Assembly (NCBI GenBank): GCA_951406725.2
Contig: OX597828.1
Coordinates: 72,850,001-72,914,000, forward strand
Direction of reading: 5' to 3'
DNA: 64,000 bases
Origin: Octopus vulgaris
Taxonomy: Eukaryota
A program made the translations under genes and the position numbers. How positions within the stretch are numbered: position 1 is the stretch's first letter; the number at the start of each line of letters is the position of its first letter. The notes beneath the pieces are model-generated. The model saw only the letters and a list, made by a program, of their open reading frames with translations. It did no database searches and was not told where the DNA came from. Below are positions 40,389-55,111 of the stretch, piece after piece.

Positions 40389-41387
40389 GTATATGTTTAT
40401 ATGTGTATATGTATCTACATATATATATAAGTATGTTCAAGATGCTATTTATATGTACCCGTTTTGTGTACCCTTAAACATTTCGTTCCCATATAACTAA
40501 TGCCATACGTTTGCCATTTAAAAGAATATGTAAAGTGAAAAGCGCCTACCACTTCATAAAACAATCAACTTAATTATAACAAAAGATGGTCACGTATAAG
40601 AAATTACCGGTCTCCGAAAATTGTGTAGACGAAGCGTCTACTTTAATATATATACAATTATGTTGGCGTCAATTATCTTTGCTCCATTCATTATCGAATA
40701 AAGGGTTTTAATATCCCTACTATAAGCTAAGCTGTTCGTTGATATTTCATTAATTAATTAAGAACTGTATAATTATATCATTTCTTGTTCGAACTGTTTC
40801 ATGCAAAATAATTAGTTTCGAAGCTGTTGAATGCTTCAACTGCAGAATAACATCGCTCTATTGATCACATACCAAATTCCAGTTCTTAAATGGGCTATTC
40901 ATCAGGTAATGACATTCGAAAACTTAAAATTCTTCCTGTTAAATTCTACAACGGTCTATCGTTAGCCACGTGTGGAAAAGAATCTTAGATGGCTGTCAAC
41001 GAATTGCCTGACATTTGCCATTCCTTTCAAATTTGAAACAATTGAAAGAAATGATGCCTAAATTAAACCACAAGGCAGTGGTGTAAAATCTAGGACAATT
41101 TATGAGAATACTGTTAATATCGGGCGTAATTTCAGAGACGTGTTAGACGTTTGCTCGATTGCTAAAACTTGCGATATTCATATCTATCTCATGACCACGT
41201 TTCCTCCATCCACTTATTTCGGCTTGCATGTTTCCTCCAAGGGCGCTCTTTGCCGAGTGTCCGAGGCGACAGATACGTTTACAATAAAAAAAATAGAAAT
41301 AAAAACTAGAGTACTTTGAGCGAGCGGCACCAGCGTGCAGACGTAAAGCATGGAATGATACAAAGATTGCGTCACTGGTATATTATA

Positions 41388-41587
41388 TTGGTTTCAAATT
41401 TCGACACATATCTAGTAGTACTTTCGATGGAGGAAGCAAGTTAAATACGTCGACCCCAGTACTTAACTGGTAATTATTTTATCGACCGCGGAAAGATGAA
41501 AGTTAAAGTCGACCTCGCTGGAATTTGAACTCAGGATGTAAATATGGACGAAATGCCGCTAAGTAATGATTCTGCTAGCTCGCTGCC
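41388..41587 (-). mobile_element. SINE family A copy abutting the mariner left end
   Basis: gtcgaccccagtac...gatgaaagttaaagtcgacctcg...gaatttgaactcag. Confidence 0.7.
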
Positions 41588-42430
41588 TGGTATCAAACAG
41601 TTCCCGGACTAGTTCTAAAGTGCGTCAAAAGATGGCAGCACACAGTTGCGTGCGCACTGAGAGCTAGCAGCGACCTTCATTAGGCAGGGTACCGAGTGGC
41701 ATCGCTGTGTTTATTTCGCAAATTGTGAAATCTGTGTTTCTGTGATCACGTGTAAGCTGTAGATTGCGAATTTTGTCATGGACAGGAAGTTGGAACAAAA
41801 TGCCAACGTGAAATTTTGCGTTAAAGTTGGGAAGTCTGCTGCAGACATTGAGCATGCTCTAACAAGCTTACGGCGACGAGGAAATGAGTCGTACGCAAAG
41901 TTTCGAGTGGCAGGAGCTCATCAAAAACGGGCGGCAGACCCGCATTCTCATCGTTCTTTTCGATGTCCGCGGTATTGTGCATTGAGATTTCGACAGAGAG
42001 TGTCAATTGAGAGTTGTACGTTTTATGGCATTTGTGGGAAGACATACAGCGAAAGAAAATGGATTTGCGGAGAGCCAAGGATTGACTTCTTCCTTGCTCG
42101 TGAGTTTATCGCCAAAAACAAGGGATTGCTCCCGTACCCTCGCTCTATTCGCCAGATTTAGCACTTGCGGACTTCCATCTCATCCGTCAGATGAAAATTC
42201 AGTTCAAAGATCGCTGTTTGAACACCGTTGTGAAGATCAAGAGAGAATCGAAGAAGGTCTGCCACTCGCTTACGGAAAACGACTTCGAGGTCGGATTCCA
42301 AAAGTGGCAGGAATGCTGCGACCGGTGTATTGCTGCGCAAGGTGACTATTCCGAAGGAGATAATGTTCAAACTTAGACAAAGATATTATTTTAAGCATAA
42401 CTAGTCCGAGAACTTTTTGATACCACTTCG
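41588..42430 (+). mobile_element. Internally deleted, decayed mariner transposon
   Basis: TIRs tggtatcaaacagttcccggactagtt / aactagtccgagaactttttgatacca, followed by cttcg and TA. Transposase remnants MDRKLEQNANVKFCVKVGKSA, LIVLFDVRGIVH, YSPDLALADF, FQKWQECCDRCIAAQGDY. The left end abuts a SINE. Confidence 0.9.
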
Positions 42431-44015
42431 TATATCATATTAGAAGGTATCTGTCTGTAGTGATTATCTTGTTTTAATAGAAAACGCTTTCTCATGACAT
42501 CCCACAGTGGGATCGAACCAGGAACCTACGCGACTGCGCGGCGATCTTCATAAGCACACTGTTGTTCCTGCCTTCGACTGAATGCTTAATAAATACAAAT
42601 CTCAATGAGAAACACAATACAACCTTTATATTGTTTTTGCCTAAGTATTTCTTGAATGTTAAAGAAAAGATTTCGTAAATATCCGTTGCAAACAATGGAA
42701 ATTCTACTTTAGATTTTTTGGAATAATTGTTGTTGTTTTGTATGTGTGGTGAGGTTGTTTGTGTTTTGTTCTTGTAAATCTTATAGTAAAAACCATTGCT
42801 TTTGACAATATGGTATACTAAAATCAATCTTAATGATAATGTCGGCATAACTCAAACACACTGGAATCGATATCTATATTCCTAAATATCATATCGTTGA
42901 AAAATAAATATTGACAACGTTATTAAATGAACGTAACTTCGACAAAACTTTTAGTATTTCATTAAAAAATAAATAAATACATCTCGATACATTCAGAGTT
43001 CGATTATGGCTGGTTTTTTTTTTTTGTTTTTTTTTGTTCACATTCTATTCACTCACTAAAGATATATAATATTTCATTTTTTTAAATTCTCATTTTCAAT
43101 TGATTTCTGATAAATTGTATGGATTGCGATGTTAATTTCAGATAAATCAGAAAGGGGATTATACCAACGGGTAAGTCTTTCTTCTGATGTCAAAAAATGG
43201 AATAAAAGGAGAATCTAAACCGTTTACCTTTCTCTTCTCTCTCTTTCTTTCTCTCTCTATGTTCCTTTAAGTCTCTCTTTCTCATACTCACGCATAAAGA
43301 CGCATACACACACGCAAGTGCGCATGCAGACGTACATACACACACACACTCACGTGTGCATATATATATATATATGAGTGGGTGCGTGTGTTATGGTGTT
43401 TCTAGAGCCAGAAATATATGCGCACCTGGCAGAAATGCTTTTTGTGCGATGAGTTTATCATTGAATGGGTGATTGCTAATCTGACATCAAATGCAGAATG
43501 AAATGGGAAGATTAACACATTTCATTCCATTGTATTATTCTGTTAAAATCAGTCTACCTGTCCAACGTCAGTGAACAGGTAACAAGAAACATCAGCAGAC
43601 ACAAACGCGCATGCTCCTCAATCAAAGCTACATGTGATTGCTCAAAGATTACTAAACGGGATACTAACATGTAACAGCTCTCAGGAAAACTTCAAGTTCT
43701 TTTAAGAACGAATATCCACTCTTTTAAAAACAATAGGAAGCTATAGCAGAACATCTCACCTCAACTTGGTATATAATATTGAGGCTAGGATTATTGATGT
43801 ATTTAAATTTTTCCTATCAATGACATCGACATAATTTCCTCGAGAGAGCAGAAGCTATTCAACGTGAACAAAATAAAAGTAAGCTATAGCTGCGTATTGC
43901 CTAGGGTCAATGTCATCAAGGTCCATCCTAGCCTGAAAGCAAAACACAAGCAATACAGACACACAAACATAACATACTAACATGTATTCACACATATGCA
44001 TATACATACGCACAC

Positions 44016-44073
<58 letters not shown>

Positions 44074-45049
44074 ACATACACATATGTATGTGTGCGTATG
44101 ATTACACGCATATGAATGCACGGATGTATTTCGTGCTACAAGACTCGTGGCAAAATCCTTCTGAACATTTAAAATCAACTTCGTGCGCACGTGTGTATAT
44201 GCGAGCGCGTGTATGTGACTATGTGTTTGAGTGTTTGCAGACGTGTTTATATATGCGTGTGTATGTGTGTGTTCATGTGTGTATGTGCCCATATGAGTGT
44301 GTGTAAGTGACTGATAGACACTGGCTATGAATCAATGCAGGCTTGTTACACTTAACGCGGAAGATCGCAACACTTTCGCAAGCATAAATTAAAACAATCA
44401 CAAATCACAAAGCAATGAAAATAACCTCCAAACAAATTCAACCTAATAGAGAATTTGTTTTTCTAATTAAAGAATACCATCTTACCCAAACCCAGTGTCT
44501 TTATCAAACGAGTACTAAATAAATTACAGATTAATTTTCACTGGCAAACTTTCCTTGAACAAGTGTCGAAACATCTTTAATGGGATTACGGTAATCCTCT
44601 GTTCTGGAAATACAAAACCCAACTACTTTCTTGACGTTCTTTTTACAATGAAATAACTTTCGTTTTCATTAAGAAGTCTTGTTAGAACATTTTAGGATGA
44701 ATTCAATCCATACATTGAATAGAACCGATGAGAAACATTCTTCATTGTAAATTGTAGAGCTTTGGTTAACCTATCAACGCATGAACCAATATGTCCCTGT
44801 TCTATGGTCTTCATCTTGTAGCGTGTATCCCACCTCCCGCCATCCAATGTAAATGTGATGATTGAACGGTATATGATTTCGCCAATCATATACCGTTGTC
44901 TCCTTAAAATCAGGTGCTGAAGCAATGGATTACCAACCTTTGCGTTCAGTAGCAGACACTGATCTCTACATGCGTGCGTGTTTCGAGTGCAGACCTCGTG
45001 TATGGCACAACTTGCTTCTTTCTTTGACGTCTCCTGAAATACCTGAGAC

Positions 45050-45310
45050 AAGCGTTATCATCAAGAAGAAGTCAATCCTTGGCACTCCGCAGATCCATTT
45101 GCTTTCGCTGTATGTCTTCCCACAAATGCTTCAAAACGTAGAACTCTCAATTGAGAGTCTGTCGAAATCTCAATGCACAATACCGCGCACGTCGAAAAGA
45201 ACGATGAGAATGCGAGTCTGTCGCCCGCTTTTGAAACAGACTTCCGTCGTCCATAAATAAACGCAGCGTTGCAGACCTAAGAACAATGGTGACTTGAATT
45301 CCAATTTAAA
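45050..45310 (-). mobile_element. Second fragment of the same mariner family
   Basis: Reverse complement matches ~41930-42095 (cgcattctcatcgttcttttcga...gccaaggattgacttctt) and keeps an LLDDNA (HDNA-like) motif. Confidence 0.8.
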
Positions 45311-46579
45311 ACAAAATCACTTTGTGTTCAAACAATATAAAGCATAATCATCCATTTATCTATCTTGATTTGGGTTTTATTCACTTATAAATTTGTTCCG
45401 AGATTAAAATACTTTGCTTCGAGATTATTTTGATTTTTTACTTAGAAGTAGTTCGATATCTGCAAAAATAATGTGGACGGGTAACACGTTTCTGTGGGGA
45501 TTAGTTCTGGTCGGAGAATAATGAGAAGAACGATGGAGAAGTTTAGAAGACAAGACAGGGTAGTATGGTGGGAAGGGAGTAGAGTAGTGTTTCGTATAAT
45601 GATGGGTGGGGGGAAAGCGGGTATAATTAAAAGGGACGCGGTCCTTTGTAATGTCAGTGGAGAGAAGAACTGAATTTGTTCGTCTGTGAGTCGGTCTTTG
45701 CAGTGTGTTGCTCAGGGAACTTTTGCTAAACATCTAAAGGTCTTTCTTTTAAATACGGCATCGAATATTCGAGAGGGTAAGCAGCTGCAGCCCACCCACA
45801 TAAGTTAGGGGATCGGAATTGACACAGAATACATGTTTTTTGTCTGTGTGTGCTCGTGTGTACGTGCGTATATGTGTGTGTGTGTGTGTGTGCGCGCGCA
45901 CGCGTGTGTATATGTGTGTGTATAAGTGTGTTCGTGTGTGTGTGGGTGTGTGCTTGTGTCGTGTGCGTAAGAGTGTATGTGTGTGTGTAAGTGTGTGTGT
46001 ACGTGTGTACGTATGTGTGTATGTGTGTATATGGGTGGGTGTGAGCGAGTGCGTAGCAACATCTCCGTCAATATGTCCGAGCTGCCCTCTAGTGTAAGTC
46101 TCGTTGAACTTTGCAGAGGGTTGTTTAAAGATTGCCACAACGTCTGCAGAATGAATTCAGAGACAAGCATTAAAGGTCAAGTATCTCTCCTACAAATAAA
46201 ACACACCACCTGTAATCAACGACCTCACGGATAGTGATACAGTACGCTCTCCATTCGGCTCTCTTTGCCGCCCACGTTTTTCTTATCATCCACGTAGTGC
46301 CTACCTCAACACACGCTAGGTTTCACACATCGGTGCCCGAAAATGCCCAAACCGCCCTTTTACTTTCATCCAGCTGTCAACATGTGACTATTTAAGAACA
46401 ATATAAACCACACAGTTTTCGCTAGTCTTGGAGGACTTTTGAAGTGCCTACGGACATCGCCCCTCATTTCAGAAGAAACCATTAAAAATATAAATCAATA
46501 CAAAACTTATGTTATTATCGACTCTTTACAGTGGAATTAAATTTTTAATAACAGTGGCACTATGGTTAGGTTTACCGAA

Positions 46580-46679
<100 letters not shown>

Positions 46680-46946
46680 ATTCTTTTATTTTTTATTCTT
46701 GTATTAGTTTCAGTCATTTGACTGCGGTCATGTTTGAGTACCACCTTTAGTCGAACAAATAGACCCCAGGACTTATACTTTGTAAGTCTAGTTCTATCGG
46801 TCTCTTTTGCCGAACTACAACTACAAAGTTACGGGGACGAATATATGTGTGTGTATATATATATATTACATTATATCAATCATTATATCTCTCTATAATA
46901 TACATTATCTCTCTCTCTATATATATATGTTATATCTATATATATG

Positions 46947-46985
<39 letters not shown>

Positions 46986-47221
46986 CTTATACATATATAT
47001 ATTACAGCATACCAATATATCTAACTATATATAATATTATTATATTATATATCTCTATATTTCTATCTCTCTACCTGTCTGTCTGCCTGTCTGTCTTTCT
47101 CTCTCTCTCTATCTATATATCTATATATATCAATCTATACCCCGCTATCTCTGTATATATGTATATGTATATTGTATATATTTGTATGTATGTAATGTAT
47201 GCATGTATGTATGTATATATG

Positions 47222-47271
<50 letters not shown>

Positions 47272-47899
47272 CATATATACATAAATACATACATACATTC
47301 ATACATCCATATATATATATATATAAATATTTCTATATATATATATATATATATATCTTCTGATGTTTTTGGAAGAGGAACGGATATTTTTAAGTTGTGC
47401 GTATTTTTTGATATTTATCTGTTGCAGTATCCATTGGCTGTGCCTTTTATATCCTGATGTAGCGATATAGAATATATTGTTTTACTTTGGAGGGATGTTC
47501 TATGCATCTCGTGAAAACGAATATTTCTCAAATGCTTCATACCAGGAAAGATGTTTATACAAAGACACGAAACCATTCCTTTATTGCAGAAACCGTTCTA
47601 TTATCCACCATGATTCCTGCATATAAAATTGGACCCCGACTCTTTATCTGTAGAAGCAAGCTTTCCGATCTAAGCATACATTCCGTCCATCCGATCTGTA
47701 TAGTTGAGCATTGTTTGACTGTAGTGAGACTATTTTAACAGAATGGTTCTTCTGTTAGATGGAATGATATGAAGATGAAATGGTACCAGACATATTTTAT
47801 CTCTTTTCTCTTCACTTCTTTCTTTCTCCTCTCTCCTCTCCCTCTCATACACATATACATATTGCCATATTGATCGTACCGTACAACAAGTAACTAAAT

Positions 47900-50800
47900 T
47901 ATTTAGCTTTTCGTTTTGGTGGAATTATCATCACAATTTACTAGTATATTTGATGGAAATATGAACATTTTTCTGGATATTTTTTCTACTTTCTGATGGC
48001 TATCCATTTTTTGCCCATATTTTGTGAAGTCTTTGAAAATATTTCTGCTACATTGAAATGAAAGAAAAGCTTATTGAGAATTCATAAATGAAACTTAACA
48101 ATTATATCTGCTACTTTGTCGTGTTCTTTTTCGTACTTTTATCTTTATTCATATAATTCTAAAACCGTACTTTAGTTATCTATAAGGCTCCGCTAGATAA
48201 TACAGATAGATAAACCGAAGTAGACAGACAGATTTCTGTAAATATTACATTAGAGATTGCTGATATTTTATTTATCAAGGGTGATTTAAAAAAGTTTTGT
48301 GCTACATGTATCTAGAAACTTGTTTACCAAAGTATCAATTGGCGCTTAAAATTAAATTTAAAAATAAATTCTTTTTTTAAATGTTGCTTATAATAAGATT
48401 AGAATTTCTTTCAAAATCCCATAACGCACAAGATTACTAATAGGTATCATGTTAATAGAGTCACATTTTATATTTGATAGAAAAATTAAAAGATAGAGAA
48501 GATTGGGGCTTGTCACATGAGAAGTATAGATTATTCTGGATATGTAACTTATAAATATGTTGTGTATCTCTGTTTAGAAACAATATTTTGTCTATTGGTT
48601 TGGCATTAATTATTTTTAATTTTAAATAATCAATTGTGTTCTTAATTGTTATTTTCTATATGACACATTTATAAAATTTAGGTTTGATAATACACGCTTA
48701 TCTGTTTTAAGAAATGTTTGATAGTAAAACATTTAATAAATCTATCTAAGAGGTCTTGCATGATTCGAAGTCTTTTGTCGGTATCTTTCGATTTGTTACG
48801 AAATCGGATTAACCAATTGGATTAATGATTCACATAGCATTTTCCTTGTCTCTATAAGGACGTCAATCTTGAATCTTTTCTTCATTCTTATGATGTTTGT
48901 GTTTTCTCAAGTTAAAATGTTCCCTCAATTATTGTAACATTATAGTTCGAAAAAGATTGTAAAAGGGTTTTCCACTTTCAAAAGACGAAGACTATTTATT
49001 GTACTCAGCTTTAGAATTTTAATTTCACGTAAATTCTGTAAATTTAAACTGACAACCATTCATGCAATGATTCAGAATATATGGTGTATGAACAATAATT
49101 AGACTGTTAATTATTACTGAACTTATTAGAGGAACTGAGCAACGTAAAGCAAAGCTCGTATCAGAAATATTTAAGAATGACTGTGAAAGAAAAAAAGCGG
49201 AATAATGTTTCCCAAAGGTTTCCTTTCCCCGCCAAAGAGTCGATATACAAATATTTCTTGGGGCTTACAGGCAGAATCAATCGTTTTGAGGCAATACGTA
49301 GAGAGTCCAATTCTTTAACAGTTAATTTACATATTCTTGAGCGTGTCTCTTTATTGATAACTGAATTCAAAGCGATATCGAAAAACGTGTTTACTAATAG
49401 GATGTAGAATAAATTTACGAAATAAAAGAAATTTAAAACTGTAGCTTATGCTGTTAAGGCCTCCATATCTACAGAACCACTCGAATCCCTATTATTAACA
49501 AATAATTGTAGATATTTGTCTTGAATCAAATTCTTACCAATAGAGGATAGTGAAACCTCAGTTTTCAGTATCAGGGGAAGGTTTTCTATTAAGAAGCTAA
49601 ATTGAAGTAAAGTTAAATTGTCAAAGTTAATTAGTCGATGCAAGATAAATTGTCTCAATGAGAATAAATTATAGGCAGAAAATCTCCAAATTACACGCGA
49701 TTTCTGTATTATAGTATAGTTTCATCATGTCAGCAGAATTGTCATAATAAGCACAAATTTATTTAAATTGGTTAATAAAACTTATTTGAGTTGAATGGAA
49801 ATTGTTAGATAGAAGCAACAAACTTTCTACAATCTATATACATTTTGCGTTGCAGTTGTAACTACACGCCAACATCTTCATGTTGTTACGCGAAAATATT
49901 TTCTTGTGATGCATGAAAAAAGTGCAAATTATTTACATTGTAACGAAATTTCTGAAGTTCTGAAATGCTTCTGGCATAAAAATCCCAATATGGCACCGTT
50001 TGGTAAATATTTTCTAAAAGCAACAGTATTTTCTAAATTACGAATATTTGATAGTGATCTTCTATGAGTGATTACCAGACACTGAAATTGTAATTAACAC
50101 CTTGTGCAATTTCTTTCCGAAGAGAATTGAGTGTGAAGCAAAGTTCAATTGCTTTGCGCATGTCATTAACATTTATAGAATTTATGTCAAGCTTCATGAT
50201 ACTTCATGCTTTCAGTTGACGCGTTCGCTAGGTAAAGATTCCCAGTTTAATTTGAAATGCTATAAATAGAATTCGGAATATTGATTACTGACTTTACAAA
50301 ATTAACATAAACATTGACGTAAAACAAACTGAATTATATAATCGTAAAAAATATTCACTTTTATAGAATTTGTTGGACGAACTTTACCAAATAAAGCACG
50401 ATACATTCATTAATTGCTACCATTTTTCTTTTTGCTTTTTGGTCACGTGTTGTGCATCATTGTTGTTTATTTTGAACACATACAACTACCCTAAGGCTAG
50501 ATATAATTGGAAACCTACAAAATATACTTTTTAAATAGGAAAGCGATATGCTAGGCCTAACAAAGAGAATGCTTCAAGAAAATTACAGATCTGACCTCAA
50601 AATACTTTTAGCAAAATTGAGTTAAAATAATTTGAAATAGCATTTGTGAAAAATAATGACTCGCAGAGAATTTATGAGGATAGAGGTTAACCTATTTTTA
50701 AATCTCTGAGAAACTAAAAACGTAAATATTAATTTATTACATATTAATGAAATATTTCCGGTTTCTCTAAATTATGTTCGTAAAAACCATGAATTTTCTT

Positions 50801-51432
50801 TCGATAGCGTTGTTTTTAAATTCATAAATATCTGAAATATCATAAAAATACTAAAGTCAGTCATTTATATACAGTAATTATAATTTTGAAAGTAGATCTG
50901 GACAAAGTTCCTTCCTAAACCTAATCACATTCCATTCGAATATTTTCGGCTACACAACTGTCTTGTTTCTTTCTAGAATCAAACATCCTGCTATGAGATC
51001 CAACGCCCGTATGCTGCGGCCTCGATTGGATCTTGAAAAGTCACAGCAAACGAGGCTCACCTCTGGGTAAATACTGGAACTTTTCGTCGCATGTTATTGC
51101 TAAGGAGCTTCATCAGACCTACTTCGGTACAATCGCTTCCAACTCTTACATTAGTTAATGGATTAATTGAAAGTTTATTCCCGATGAATTCAACTTCATT
51201 TAGTTTCATGCTTTCATATTCTCCAACTCGTTCTGTCATTCTTTCCACCATTTTACGAACACATCCATCAGCACATAATTGATTGAATCATCGATTGATA
51301 CATTTGAATAGCTTAGTCTAAGGAGGAGAGACAGTGCCCATAGTCCATCTTGCGGCCTCTGCGACTCGTGGCTGGAAGTGAGAGAATTACTTTTAGATCT
51401 TTCCTGAAAACATACAACAGAATATTCCACAT
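47900..51432 (-). pseudogene. Decayed intronless LRR-TM-TIR (Toll-like receptor-like) pseudogene nested antisense in the TRPC intron
   Basis: Serial LRR-like peptides in broken minus-strand frames, an LRRCT-like KLHIQNNLYFSCD, a juxtamembrane-like KRQLILW and TIR-like FGLSICII*RSL, in the expected order. Many stops and frameshifts. Confidence 0.55.
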
Positions 51433-52474
51433 TAGATTACTTAAGGGCCACGTGACAATTTTAAACTGAGTTACAGATGAAGGCTTGCACGAAAAATATA
51501 TGATAGAAAGTCGACTCAAATACAGTAATTATAGATGACCTTAAAACGATGAGATAGTCACAGATGGAAGGGCCATAGATCATTAATAGTTAACGTGAAC
51601 AAATATCTGGTAGTTATTTTATTAGATGACCCTTGATGGGATTCGAACTAGAGATATACAAAGTAATGGTTTTTGATGTGGGCGCAAGGTCAGCAATTTG
51701 AGGGGCGGGCGTAGAGTGCTACTATTGATGTTAGTATTTAACCAATACTGTATTTTATCGAACCCTGGGGGCCAAAGGGCAAAGGTGAGATCAACGAGAT
51801 TTGAAATCAGACAAACATTCTTCATTGTAAATTGACATAGCTTTTACATGATGGTCTTCTATATCGATAGTCTTATTACATTCCGATCACTGCGGTAAAC
51901 TGAATTAATTAACTCAACACTGTTTATTTTACTAGATTGAATTATTTTTCGTACAACAAAATATTTTCTTTCCTTCTATTAGTTATGTCCTCTGTACTTT
52001 ACCAATCAATACTTTTTTTATTTGGTTAAGATAAACTTAGTAAATTTTTATTTACCTTTCTGAATAGTAATAAGTAAATTCTGTTTATCATTCACAACTG
52101 AAATTTTATATTCAGCAATAAAACTACCGAATTTATCAGTCAAAAAACTATAAAAAATATTCTATATTATATTTGTGGTTTATGTTCACTGCTTTCTATT
52201 GAAGCTCATAGGCAGTTATTACGTCATATTCCAAATAATGATTTAACTTGTCTTCGAAAGCAATATTCGGGATTTCGTTTTTATATCAAAATACTTCTTT
52301 TTATTATCTCTCCCAATTATCAGCTCCACTCATATTTACTGTGACACCCATAATACACAACTAGACCTATATACACGTTAATGACCACGCTGACTTTTAA
52401 CATGTGCCAATGGTGGAATCAACGGAGCACCAGGATAATGTCGTTCGGCATTCAGTTCTCTCCCTTTACAATCA

Positions 52475-52611
52475 AGGCGTAGCTGTGTGGTAAGAAGTTT
52501 GCTTCCCAACCAAATGCTTTCGTGTTCGGTTCCAATTGTCTTCTACTATAACTTCAGGCTGACCAAAGCCTTTAGAGCAGATTTAGTAGACGTAAACTGA
52601 AAAAAGCCCAT

Positions 52612-52658
<47 letters not shown>

Positions 52659-52835
52659 GACAAGAAATCATTTTTGTCGCTTTTTATTGAAGCAAAAGGG
52701 TTCATAGGACTGCAAAAACAAGTGCCCAAATGTAAATGAGACAAAGTTAAAAAAACATTGATCATAGAACAAAGATCAAATATGTATGTGGGTGTGTGTG
52801 GATGTGTATATATATATATATGTGTGTGTGTATGT

Positions 52836-52878
<43 letters not shown>

Positions 52879-52939
52879 TGATTGATTGATTCTAGTTTCA
52901 GCCTATGAGCTGTGGCCATGCTGGGGCACCGCCATTTAA

Positions 52940-52971
<32 letters not shown>

Positions 52972-53172
52972 CAGTCGCCATGATAGATCTTTAGCCACTA
53001 CACACATTTTTTCTCTCCTTGTTTCTTTCCTTGTTTTTTTTCTGTGTCCCTTTCGGTAGAAGAGCGTAGGCTCGAAACGTAAAATACTTTTTCTATTCCT
53101 GAGCGTTATACTAATACATCTGTTTGTTTTGTACACTACCTGTCTTTGTCTTTTGTTTTTTTCGTGAACTCT

Positions 53173-53235
<63 letters not shown>

Positions 53236-53470
53236 TATATATGCGCATATGTATGTGTGTGTCTTTGTGTCTTTGTCTATCCTCCCACCATCACTGCTTT
53301 ATAACCGGTGGTGGTGCATTTGCATTCTAGCGGTCGGTTCCGCAAAAAGTCTGATAGAGTAAATACCAGGCTTTAATAAAATAAGTACTGGAGTCGATTC
53401 ATTCGACTAAAAACTCTTCAAGGCAGTGCCCCAACATGGCCACAGTCTAATGACTGAAACAAACAGAAAC
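52475..53470 (+). mobile_element. SINE family B split into 5' (52475-52610) and 3' (53255-53470) parts by other insertions
   Basis: ggcgtagctgtgtggtaagaag head; gagtcgattcattcgactaaaa...tgactgaaacaa tail. Confidence 0.6.
52971..53175 (+). repeat. Same dispersed repeat, copy 2
   Basis: Near-identical to 20425-20622 over its length. Confidence 0.75.
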
Positions 53471-53855
53471 ATAAAAAAAAGGGAAAATATACCAGAAGTA
53501 TATTCAAAATCGTTTCAGTCAGTTGTAAAAGAAGGTTGAATCTATTTAAAATAAAGGGGTTGTTACTGTTGGGTAAGCCCCAAATCAGCTGTGATTAGCA
53601 AACCTATGATCAAAGTTGTTTCAGACACAACAAACAACTCTTACCTTTTTCTGTCATTTGTTTTGTTGCTGTGGTTTACCCATTATATCTATGGGTAGCC
53701 TGTCAACAGAATCATCAGATTGTCGGCTAAAAGGCCTTATGGAATTGGTTCCGGTTTCCTGCGTTTTCAGTTATCATGTTCGAATTCCGCCACGATCAAC
53801 TTCATCCTTTAATGATGGTCCCACTCAGTAAAGAACCAATCAAATACCCGATTCT

Positions 53856-53903
<48 letters not shown>

Positions 53904-54702
53904 GCTACTTTGCTCTGTAAGGAGTTTAGGGGCTAGTACCACTCATGCGCAGTGTTCCCTTGTCCTGAAATAGAGTAAAGTTGAGCGAGGGCCTAGCAAT
54001 CACTTCATATAGAAAAGTATGATTTGAGAGCAATTTGGTTGCTATTGCTAGGAGTTGAAATCTAATGAACGCATAGATGTATCTTTTGACTCATCTAGAA
54101 ACATGATTATAAGACAATCACTGAAGAAACCGATATGTTTCTAGTCTGCGAGCAGGGAATCGTTCAAAGTAATTGCTATTTAATTTCAACTTGTGTTGCT
54201 AGGAATGCAATGAACATCACAACACTGTATTTTCATTTTTAATATTCCGAAAGTTTAGAAAAATTCATTTATAAAAAAAAAGAGAGAAAGAGGTTCTCAA
54301 AGGATTCCAAGGTTCCTCGTTTTACGATTTTGTGGTTGGTTTCTCGCAGTTTTGAATTTAGATTCTTGAAACAGTTTCATTTATATGATGAATCCTCTTA
54401 GAAAATCTGTTCCAAATTCCAGCCGGCCATTCCATTGATTCAAATCAATTTTTTAAAGCGTTGATATAAAAATTCCTTATCTTGCTGCACACAGCTTCTA
54501 CAAAGTTCTGAGCGATGTACAATTGTATCATGATAAATATATTTAGCCGGTGGAAATAAGGGTGATAACGGGTTAGATGTTATTTACAGTAATAGACATA
54601 AGGCATGTAACTACGAGGGAGAAACGGGGTAGGAAGAAGAAAAAGAGGATGGGTTGGAAAGAACGGGAAGTAGTCAAGTACAAAACGAATTACAATCATA
54701 CT

Positions 54703-55111
54703 ATTGGTTTGGAATTTTGGCAGAGGGCTGACAGGTTTGGGGGAGCGGCCAAGTCGATTATATCGACCCCAGTAATTCATTTATTATTGATTCCTAAATG
54801 ACGAGAGGCAAAGTCGACCCCGGCTGGATTTGAACTCAGAACGTAAAGATCGACAAAATGCCGCTAAGTATTTTGTCCGGGACGGTAGCGATTCTGCCAG
54901 ATTACCGCCTTCAATTACTAGCCCAACAATTTCGGGGGTGGGGGTTAAGTCGATTTCATCGATCCTAGTATATCACTGGTATTTATTTTATCGACCCTGA
55001 AAGGACGAGAGACAAAGTCGACCTCGGCAGAATTTGAATTCAGAACGTGAAGACGGACGAAAAGTCGCAAAACATTTTTCCCGGCTTGCTAACGATTCCG
55101 CCTGCTCACCA
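54703..55111 (-). mobile_element. Two tandem SINE family A copies
   Basis: 54703-54910 and 54922-55111 each contain aaagtcgacc...gaatttgaa.tcagaacgt...gattc.gcc. Confidence 0.75.
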
